Shown here: positions 39,643-46,826 of the stretch, piece by piece
Layout of the letters: every line of letters starts with the position of its first letter
How positions within the stretch are numbered: the stretch's first letter is position 1
DNA from: an uncultured Clostridia bacterium
Lineage (GTDB): Bacteria; Bacillota; Clostridia; UBA1381; CAJOGA01
DNA length: 46,826 nucleotides
Direction of reading: 5' to 3'
Assembly: GCA_905233855.1 (NCBI GenBank)
Contig: CAJOGA010000001.1
Coordinates: 1-46,826, forward strand
Notes under the pieces: model-generated
What the model saw: only the letters and a program-made list of their open reading frames with translations
The model's database searches: none
Told to the model about the DNA's origin: nothing
Made by a program: the position numbers and the translations under genes

Positions 39643-40338
39643 ATGCAAATATCAGATATAAGCAAAGAACTTAAAAACAATTCCTATCCGGGACGCGGAA
39701 TTATATTGGGACGCAATGGTGATTGTGCCGTTATAGCGTATTTTATAATGGGCAGAAGTGAAAACAGCCGTAACCGTGTGTTTACAGAAGACGGAGATGG
39801 CATTAAAACAAAAGCGTTTGACGAGAGCAAAATGAAGGATCCTTCACTTATTATATACGCTCCTGTAAGGGTGTTAAACGGTTGCACTATTGTTACAAAC
39901 GGCGATCAGACCGATACAATATACGACTTTATGCAAAAGGGCAAAACCTTTGAAGACGCTTTAAGAACACGTGAATTTGAGCCGGACGAACCTAACTACA
40001 CACCGAGAATATCCGGCGTTTTAAGCGGTTTTGACTATAAGCTTTCTATATTGAAAAGTGCGGAGGGCAATCCGGCATCCGTAAGACGTTATTTTTATGA
40101 ATACACTGCACCGCTTTCCGGTCAGGGACATTTCATACACACATATAAAACCGACGGCAATCCTATACCGTCGTTTGAAGGCGAGCCGGAGCTTGTTAAA
40201 ATAGAAGGCGATATCGACACATTTACAAAATGTATATGGGACAGCCTTAATGCCGATAATAAAGTTTCACTTTTCACAAGATACATAAACATTAAAACCG
40301 GCGAAGTTCAAACGCGTATAGTTAATAAAAATAAATAA
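39643..40338 (+). CDS. IMP cyclohydrolase-like protein (archaeal PurO-type Ntn fold)
   Basis: YPGRGI, YFIMGRSENSRNR, IVTNGDQTD and EPDEPNYTPRISG; located between purN and the AICAR transformylase gene. Confidence 0.85.
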   Translation: MQISDISKELKNNSYPGRGIILGRNGDCAVIAYFIMGRSENSRNRVFTEDGDGIKTKAFDESKMKDPSLIIYAPVRVLNGCTIVTNGDQTDTIYDFMQKGKTFEDALRTREFEPDEPNYTPRISGVLSGFDYKLSILKSAEGNPASVRRYFYEYTAPLSGQGHFIHTYKTDGNPIPSFEGEPELVKIEGDIDTFTKCIWDSLNADNKVSLFTRYINIKTGEVQTRIVNKNK

Positions 40339-40361
40339 TGACAGAAAGGTTATGATTTATC

Positions 40362-41537
40362 ATGGCAAAAGAAATTGAATTAAAATACGGATGTAACCCT
40401 AATCAAAAGCCTTCAAAGATATTTATGAGCGAAGGTGAGCTTCCTTTGGAAATATTAAACGGCAAACCGGGTTATATCAACTTTTTGGATGCTTTAAACA
40501 GCTGGCAGCTTGTTAAAGAGCTTAAAGAGGCAACAGGTCTTCCGGCGGCGGCGTCTTTCAAGCATGTAAGTCCTGCGGGAGCTGCGGTTTACAGTCCTAT
40601 GTCTGACGTTTTGAAAAAGATATATTTTGTCGACGATCTGGAGCTTTCGCCGCTTGCAAACGCCTATGCAAGAGCAAGAGGAGCGGACAGAATGTCGTCA
40701 TACGGCGATTTTATCGCTTTGTCGGACGAATGTGATGTTCAAACCGCACGTCTTATAGCAAGGGAAGTGTCGGACGGCGTTATCGCACCCGGATATTCCG
40801 CCGAAGCATTAGAGGTGTTGAAGGGCAAACGTAAGGGCGGATACAATGTTATAAAAATCGACCCGTCATACAAACCTGCTCCTGTCGAGCATAAGGACGT
40901 TTTCGGCATAACGTTTGAACAGGGCAGAAACGAAATAAAAATAGACAACGATTTGCTAAAAGAAATCGTAACCGATAATAAAAATATCCCGGATAATGCA
41001 AAACGCGATTTGCTTATCTCGCTTATCACATTAAAATATACACAGTCCAACTCTGTTTGCTATGTCAAGGACGGACAGGCTATCGGTATAGGAGCAGGTC
41101 AGCAGTCCAGAGTACATTGTACAAGATTGGCAGGAAATAAGGCTGATAACTGGTATCTGAGACAGAACGCGAAGGTGCTCAATTTGCCGTTTAAAACCGA
41201 TATCCGCCGTGCGGACAGAGACAACACAATAGATGTGTATATTTCCGACGATTATATGGACGTTTTGCAGGACGGTGTATGGGAAAACTTCTTTACTGAA
41301 AAGCCTGAAGTGTTCACAAGAGAGGAAAAACGTGCATGGCTCGACACCATGACGGACGTTGCCCTTGGCTCCGATGCATTCTTCCCGTTCGGCGACAATA
41401 TAGAACGTGCAAATAAGAGCGGTGTTAAATACATAGCACAGCCGGGCGGTTCTATCCGTGATGACAACGTTATCGAAACCTGTAATAAGTACAATATGGC
41501 AATGGCATTCACAAAGGTAAGACTGTTCCATCATTAA
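40362..41537 (+). CDS. purH: AICAR transformylase (PurH C-terminal domain only)
   Basis: Begins at LKYGCNPNQ; has SFKHVSPAG, GAGQQSRVHC, SDAFFPF and QPGGSIRD. Lacks the N-terminal IMPCH/MGS domain. Confidence 0.93.
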   Translation: MAKEIELKYGCNPNQKPSKIFMSEGELPLEILNGKPGYINFLDALNSWQLVKELKEATGLPAAASFKHVSPAGAAVYSPMSDVLKKIYFVDDLELSPLANAYARARGADRMSSYGDFIALSDECDVQTARLIAREVSDGVIAPGYSAEALEVLKGKRKGGYNVIKIDPSYKPAPVEHKDVFGITFEQGRNEIKIDNDLLKEIVTDNKNIPDNAKRDLLISLITLKYTQSNSVCYVKDGQAIGIGAGQQSRVHCTRLAGNKADNWYLRQNAKVLNLPFKTDIRRADRDNTIDVYISDDYMDVLQDGVWENFFTEKPEVFTREEKRAWLDTMTDVALGSDAFFPFGDNIERANKSGVKYIAQPGGSIRDDNVIETCNKYNMAMAFTKVRLFHH

Positions 41538-41571
41538 TGTTAAACTTTTGACCACAGAGAGGAAATAGATT

Positions 41572-42852
41572 ATGAAGGTATTAATAGTTGGCGGCGGCGG
41601 AAGGGAACACACAATAGCGTATAAGGTAAGCAAATCACCTCTTTTAACAAAACTGTACGCAGCACCGGGCAATGCCGGTATCAGCGAGGTGGCAGAGTGT
41701 GTGCCGATTAAAGCGACAGACATTGACGCTCTTGTTAAATTTGCTTCTGAAAAGGAAATAGACCTTACCATAGTAGGGCCGGACGACCCGTTGGTAATGG
41801 GTATTGCAGATGCATTTAAAAATGCCGGATTGAGGGTGTTTGGCCCTGATAAAGCTGCTGCAATTATAGAGGGCAGTAAGGTATATTCAAAGGAATTGAT
41901 GAAAAAATATAACATACCTACCGCAGGCTACGAAGTGTTTGACGACAGTGTTAAAGCTTTGGAATATATAAAACAGCAAAATACATATCCGACCGTTATA
42001 AAGGCGGAAGGACTGGCACTGGGTAAGGGCGTTATTATTGCAAACGACTATGAAACAGCCGCCAATGCCATAGATGACATAATGGAAAAGAAGGTGTTCG
42101 GCGATTCGGGCAACAGAGTTGTTATCGAAGAATTTTTAACAGGACCCGAAATTTCCGTTTTAACCTTTACGGACGGCAAAACAATAGTGCCAATGGTGTC
42201 GGCACAGGATCATAAGCGTGCGTTTGATAATGACGAAGGTCTGAACACAGGCGGCATGGGAACTTTTTCGCCAAGCCGTATATACACAAAAGAGCTTGAA
42301 AAAGAGTGTATGGACAATATATTTGTGCCTACAATGAACGCACTTAACGCAGAAGGCAGAACCTTCAAAGGCGTAATCTTTTTCGGACTTATGTCCACAG
42401 AAAAAGGCGTTAAGGTGATAGAGTATAATGCGAGGTTCGGCGATCCCGAAACACAGGTTGTGCTGTCGCGTTTGGAAAGTGATTTGCTTGAAATCATCAA
42501 CGCGGTGGTTGACGAAAAGCTGGCAGACGTTGATGTTGTCTGGGGCGACAATGCCGCTGTATGCGTGGTTATGGCATCGGGAGGGTATCCTACAAAGTAT
42601 CAGACAGGTTATCCTATAACAGGTATTGAAGAAGCGGAAAAGATACCGGATGTTAAAGTGTATCATGCCGGGACAAAATTGCAGGGCGGCGTGTATTGTA
42701 CCGCAGGAGGACGTGTGCTGGGCGTAACTGCTGTTGACGGGGATTTGGATAAAGCAATCAAAAAAGCGTATGATGCTGTAAGCAAGATTGATTTTAAGGA
42801 TAAACATTTCAGAAAGGACATAGGCATTAAAAAGGATTTGATTGCAAGATGA
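41572..42852 (+). CDS. purD: Phosphoribosylamine-glycine ligase
   Basis: GGGGREH, GLALGKGV, QDHKR, NTGGMG and EYNARFGDPETQ. Confidence 0.98.
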   Translation: MKVLIVGGGGREHTIAYKVSKSPLLTKLYAAPGNAGISEVAECVPIKATDIDALVKFASEKEIDLTIVGPDDPLVMGIADAFKNAGLRVFGPDKAAAIIEGSKVYSKELMKKYNIPTAGYEVFDDSVKALEYIKQQNTYPTVIKAEGLALGKGVIIANDYETAANAIDDIMEKKVFGDSGNRVVIEEFLTGPEISVLTFTDGKTIVPMVSAQDHKRAFDNDEGLNTGGMGTFSPSRIYTKELEKECMDNIFVPTMNALNAEGRTFKGVIFFGLMSTEKGVKVIEYNARFGDPETQVVLSRLESDLLEIINAVVDEKLADVDVVWGDNAAVCVVMASGGYPTKYQTGYPITGIEEAEKIPDVKVYHAGTKLQGGVYCTAGGRVLGVTAVDGDLDKAIKKAYDAVSKIDFKDKHFRKDIGIKKDLIAR

Positions 42853-43985
42853 ACAAAAATACAGTGTCTAAGCTTTGTTTGTTCGCATCGGGACTGGTTT
42901 CCAGAATGGAAGAAAACAAAGCGTATTTCATCAACATCAATATACTGTATAAATCCGGCACTAAAAATTTCAGCGGAAACGTTAAGAGTGAAAACGGTGA
43001 ACTCACGCTGTCATACCAAGGCATAAAAAACGTCATATCACCCGATGGGTTTACGGAGTTTTTGAAGAACAATTCATCAAACTACGATTCGGTGCTGATA
43101 ACATACAACGAACGCGGTGCAAAGCTTGTTATCGACGCATCTGATAAAAACGTAAAATTTTCTCAGACCGATAGTTCACCGGACGAAAATGTCGCTCAGC
43201 CGACAGACAGACAATATATCGTCAATCCTGTTGCGGCAAAGGAACTGCTTGAAGAGATTGGTATTCTGGCTCAAAACGGCAAGATAAAAAATGATAAGAT
43301 AAGAAAATATAATCAGATAGACTATTTTATAGAACTTATCCAAAAAGAACTTGCAGGTTTTGAAGATGGCAGAGAAATTATTGTTATGGACTGTGCGTGC
43401 GGAAAATCGTATCTTTCGTTTGTGCTTAATTTTTATTTGAGAGATGTTCTTAAAAAGCCGTGCAGATTTGTGTGTATAGACTATTCCGAAGCGGTTATAA
43501 AAGCGTCTGAAGCGATTGCTGAAAAATTAAACTATACAAACATGGAATTCATAAAGGCGGATTTAAAAACCTATGAGCCAAAATTGCAGGCGGATATTGT
43601 AATATCGCTGCATGCGTGCGATACCGCAACAGATATGGCACTTGGCATAGGCATACGCACCAACGCAAAGCTTATAGTTGCGGTTCCGTGTTGCCATAAA
43701 TATATGCTCAGACACTATTCCTACAAGCCGTTTGATTCCATAATGAAATACGGTATATTAAAAGCACGTTTGGCAGACACTTTAACCGACGGTTTGAGGG
43801 CGTTGTATCTTGAAAGCGTCGGATATAAAGTCAGTGTCAAGGAATATATATCACCTCTTGAAACTCCGAAAAATATAATGATAATGGCAAGTTACACAGG
43901 TAAGTGCAATAAAGAGTCGCAAGAAGAGTATGAATCGTTGAAACAGCAGCTCGGATTCACTCCGGCGATAGAACAAATGGTTTAA
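42849..43985 (+). CDS. Class I SAM-dependent methyltransferase (Methyltransf_32-like)
   Basis: KYNQIDYF, MDCACGKSYLSF, SLHACDTATD, VPCCH and TPKNIMI. ATGA overlap with purD. Confidence 0.85.
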   Translation: MNKNTVSKLCLFASGLVSRMEENKAYFININILYKSGTKNFSGNVKSENGELTLSYQGIKNVISPDGFTEFLKNNSSNYDSVLITYNERGAKLVIDASDKNVKFSQTDSSPDENVAQPTDRQYIVNPVAAKELLEEIGILAQNGKIKNDKIRKYNQIDYFIELIQKELAGFEDGREIIVMDCACGKSYLSFVLNFYLRDVLKKPCRFVCIDYSEAVIKASEAIAEKLNYTNMEFIKADLKTYEPKLQADIVISLHACDTATDMALGIGIRTNAKLIVAVPCCHKYMLRHYSYKPFDSIMKYGILKARLADTLTDGLRALYLESVGYKVSVKEYISPLETPKNIMIMASYTGKCNKESQEEYESLKQQLGFTPAIEQMV

Positions 43986-44030
43986 TTACAGAAAAGACAG
44001 CTTGTAATGATTGGAGGTAAAATTTACAAA

Positions 44031-44852
44031 ATGAGAAAGGTGTTGGATTTTCATGCACATCTGTTTCCGGATAATATAGCGGAAAAGGCGGCTAAAAATT
44101 TGCATGAATACTACGGCTTGCCACTGGCATCGAACGGTAAATTTGAGGATCTGCTTGCAAGTGCAAGAAGACAGAAAATCACGGCTATGGTCGTCCATTC
44201 AACGGCGACAACAGCATCGCAGGTGGAGAAGGTGAACAGCTATGTGCATGAAACCGTTACTAAATATAAAAATATATACGGCTTTGGAACTATTCACTAT
44301 GCATATCCGGATTTTGAAAAGGAACTCGAACGCATTAAAAGCATGGGTTTAAGAGGCATAAAACTGCATCCTGACTTTCAGAATTTTGATATAGACGATC
44401 CGAAAATGTTCCCGATATACGAAAAGATTATAGATTTGGATTTGCCGATACTGTTCCACGTCGGCGATGAAAACACCACAGCCTCCAAACCGCACAGATT
44501 GGCAAATCTGATGGACAGATATCCTAAGATGCGTGTGATTGCCGCACATTTCGGCGGATACAGCGATTGGGAAGAATCGTACGAGGTGCTTGCAGGACGG
44601 GATTTGTATATGGATACTTCAAGTTCGCTGTCAAATATAGATTATGGGTTGGCGATGAAGATAATAGAAAAACACGGTGTGGACAAATTTCTTTTCGGTA
44701 CGGATTTTCCGTTGATGTACCATGAACAGGAATTGGAACTGTTTGATAAACTTCCGCTCAGCGATGCCGATAAGGAAAAAATTCTTTGGGATAACGGAGC
44801 CAAATTGTTGGGGATAGAAGATCCGGACGCAGAAAAGACTAATATTGAGTAA
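44031..44852 (+). CDS. Amidohydrolase family metal-dependent hydrolase (Amidohydro_2)
   Basis: DFHAH, GIKLHP, LFHVG, AAHFGG and FGTDFP. The start is 44031 or 44007. Confidence 0.9.
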   Translation: MRKVLDFHAHLFPDNIAEKAAKNLHEYYGLPLASNGKFEDLLASARRQKITAMVVHSTATTASQVEKVNSYVHETVTKYKNIYGFGTIHYAYPDFEKELERIKSMGLRGIKLHPDFQNFDIDDPKMFPIYEKIIDLDLPILFHVGDENTTASKPHRLANLMDRYPKMRVIAAHFGGYSDWEESYEVLAGRDLYMDTSSSLSNIDYGLAMKIIEKHGVDKFLFGTDFPLMYHEQELELFDKLPLSDADKEKILWDNGAKLLGIEDPDAEKTNIE

Positions 44853-44918
44853 TATTTATACGTAAAAATATCGGTTTTTGTGTATTTTTGCTAAAAATTA
44901 TATATAGTGAAATTTTGC

Positions 44919-44947
44919 TTGAAAAATGTAAACGTTTACTATATAAT
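44919..44947 (+). promoter_or_regulatory. SigA promoter of pfk with a LacI/cre-type palindrome in the spacer
   Basis: TTGAAA-N17-TATAAT; GTAAACGTTTAC at 44928-44939. Confidence 0.8.
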
Positions 44948-44999
44948 ATCAAAAGTTGCTGATTATTTTAAAACATTATAGTGATATGGGGAATGAGAT

Positions 45000-46091
45000 A
45001 TGAGCGAAATTAAAAAAATAGCCGTTATGACAGCCGGCGGTGATTGTCCGGGTCTTAATGCGGTAATAAGAGCGGTTGTCAAAACCGCAATCACAAAATA
45101 CAATCTCGAGGTTGTTGGTATAAAGAGCGGATACAAGGGCTTGTATCATGCGGATTTTATGCCTCTTACCGAAGAAAACACGTCGGGAATTCTGCACTTG
45201 GGCGGAACAATCCTGCACAGTTCAAACAAGGATAATTTATTCAAATATCCGTTTGAAGAAAACGGTAAAACAGTATATAAAGATGTGTCGGATGTTGCAG
45301 TTAAAAACCTTAAAGATAATGGTATAGATGCAATGGTCATCATCGGCGGAGACGGAACACTGACAAGTGCCCGCGACTATGCAAGAAAAGGCGTTAAAGT
45401 TGTAGGCGTGCCTAAAACGATAGACAATGACCTTGCAATAACCGATTATACCTTTGGTTTTGATACGGCTGTCGGAATTGCTTCCGAAGCAATAGACCGA
45501 CTTCACACCACAGCAGCGTCGCACGACAGAATAATGGTGCTTGAAGTTATGGGCAGATACGCAGGTTGGATAGCTTTGGCAGCGGGTATAGCAGGCGGTG
45601 CGGACGCAATATTGATTCCTGAAATACCTTATGATATAAATAAAGTTGCCGAAAAGCTTAAAGAACGCCGTAAAAAAGGAAAGGATTTCAGCATAGTAGT
45701 AGTTGCTGAAGGAGCTAAATCCGTAACAGGCGAAATGGTTGTGCTGAAAGTTATAGAAAACAGTCCGGATCCGATCCGTCTCGGTGGTGTGGGACAAAAG
45801 GTTGCCGAGGAATTGGAGGAACTTGTCGGACTTGAAGCAAGGGCGACAACTCTGGGACATATCCAAAGAGGCGGCACACCAAGCAGTTATGACAGAATTT
45901 TGTCAACAAGATACGGCTGTGCGGCAGTGGATTTGTTGATGGACGGCATATACGGTCAGATGGTTGCGTTGATAAACAATAAGATGTCATATGTGCCTCT
46001 TGAAGATGTAATCGGCAATAACAAAAATGTCGATCCTTCCTGTGAATTTGTAAAAGTTGCTAAAAATATAGGCATCTCTTTTGGTGATTAA
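45000..46091 (+). CDS. pfkA: 6-phosphofructokinase (group III / mixed-substrate type)
   Basis: GGDCPGLNAVIR, GGDGT, PKTIDND, EVMGR and LGHIQRGG. Confidence 0.93.
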   Translation: MSEIKKIAVMTAGGDCPGLNAVIRAVVKTAITKYNLEVVGIKSGYKGLYHADFMPLTEENTSGILHLGGTILHSSNKDNLFKYPFEENGKTVYKDVSDVAVKNLKDNGIDAMVIIGGDGTLTSARDYARKGVKVVGVPKTIDNDLAITDYTFGFDTAVGIASEAIDRLHTTAASHDRIMVLEVMGRYAGWIALAAGIAGGADAILIPEIPYDINKVAEKLKERRKKGKDFSIVVVAEGAKSVTGEMVVLKVIENSPDPIRLGGVGQKVAEELEELVGLEARATTLGHIQRGGTPSSYDRILSTRYGCAAVDLLMDGIYGQMVALINNKMSYVPLEDVIGNNKNVDPSCEFVKVAKNIGISFGD

Positions 46092-46104
46092 TAACAATGG
46101 TTAT

Positions 46105-46146
46105 AAACGGTTTTCAGCCCGGAAAACGGGTTGAAAACCGTTTTTT
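46105..46146 (+). terminator. Intrinsic terminator after pfk
   Basis: AAACGGTTTTCAGCCCG-gaaaa-CGGGTTGAAAACCGTTTTTT. Confidence 0.9.
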
Positions 46147-46281
46147 GTATTTATACGAAAATTTTTGTTGAAAATATTGAATTAAATGTGGTTTACACAT
46201 GTAATAATTGTGCATAAAGTTGAATATGGAAAATGTGTATTATGTATCTTGAACAAAAAAGAATTAATGTTTTGTGTCATA

Positions 46282-46338
46282 TTGACAACAATAAATTTAA
46301 TAAATATCATTGCATTTTGAGTTAAATGCATGTATAAT
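46282..46338 (+). promoter_or_regulatory. Tandem SigA promoters
   Basis: TTGACA-N17-TATCAT (46282-46310) and TTGCAT-N17-TATAAT (46310-46338). Confidence 0.7.
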
Positions 46339-46436
46339 AGTAGCATAAAAGGTATATCAATGGTTAATGCGTTATCGTATGTGTGTGCGAACATCTTGTT
46401 ATGCCAAAAAAATAAAAGAAAGAGGAGAGACTAAAA

Positions 46437-46826
46437 ATGAAAAAAATGGTTGGAACAAGAACAATCAAAGCGGTAGTTGCAATCGCAACTGTATTTGCCA
46501 TGCTTTTGACATCTTTGTCAATTGTTTGCATGGCAGAGGCAGAAGACATTTCTGCTACTTTCGATGAAACAAACAGTAAGTTTGTTGTTTCCGGTGAAGT
46601 AGAAGGTTTGAACGGTAAACAGGTAACAATCATGGTATTAAAACCTGGTTCTGAATCTTATACAAGCGATTCGGATATTTTGTATATCGACCAGAAAGCA
46701 GCTGATGGAGATACATATTCTTTCGATGTTCCTGCAGCAGGTATAGAAGCAGGTCAGACAGCTATTGCTAAAGTTGGTGGCGTTGGTGCAACACCGCTTT
46801 CAACAATATTGAAAAATGAATCTACT
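46437..46826 (+). CDS. Secreted/cell-surface protein, 5' part only (runs off the window)
   Basis: GAGGAG RBS. Open for 130 codons to the window end: MKKMVGTRTIKAVVAIATVFAMLLTSLSIVCMA (signal peptide), then a beta-rich region QVTIMVLKPG...DILYIDQ...YSFDV. Missing from the ORF track because it has no stop. Confidence 0.85.
   Translation, partial: MKKMVGTRTIKAVVAIATVFAMLLTSLSIVCMAEAEDISATFDETNSKFVVSGEVEGLNGKQVTIMVLKPGSESYTSDSDILYIDQKAADGDTYSFDVPAAGIEAGQTAIAKVGGVGATPLSTILKNEST

Noticed and set aside
41031-42807. Antisense ORFs of 294 and 215 aa opposite purH and purD
   Set aside because: Same shadow-ORF artefact, with no protein-like features.
46367-46633. Small ORFs 46367-46567 (+) and 46364-46633 (-)
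   Set aside because: They overlap the better-supported signal-peptide ORF starting at 46437.

Overview
A 46.8 kb core-genome segment of a spore-forming Clostridia bacterium (Ruminiclostridium/Oscillospiraceae-like gene order). I found no tRNA, rRNA, CRISPR array or intact mobile element. In order it carries: aroA; a truncated yab cluster (SpoVB/YabM flippase, MazG, HU, yabO, yabP, yabQ); a dCMP-type deaminase and a PRK06851-like P-loop protein behind spoIIAA-spoIIAB-sigF; an EF-G2 paralog with a structured leader; a Rex-boxed group A3-type [FeFe]-hydrogenase operon with an embedded stand-alone GHKL ATPase; a long minus-strand run (metK with a SAM-I riboswitch lacking P4, rpsB-tsf-pyrH joined directly to rplI-dnaB-tilS-hpt-ftsH with no frr); murA; spoVFAB; aconitase-icd followed by a hidden four-helix-bundle gene relic, DUF2284, GntR, Rex and a P-loop/Asp23 fusion; a pur operon with split PurH; a methyltransferase, an amidohydrolase and pfk; and the start of a secreted surface protein. 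No clearly new multi-gene system is demonstrable from sequence alone. The best leads are the kinase-like gene inside the hydrogenase operon, the four-helix-bundle relic, EF-G2 and its leader, the riboswitch variant and a dispersed palindromic repeat. All family assignments come from recalled motifs, not database searches.
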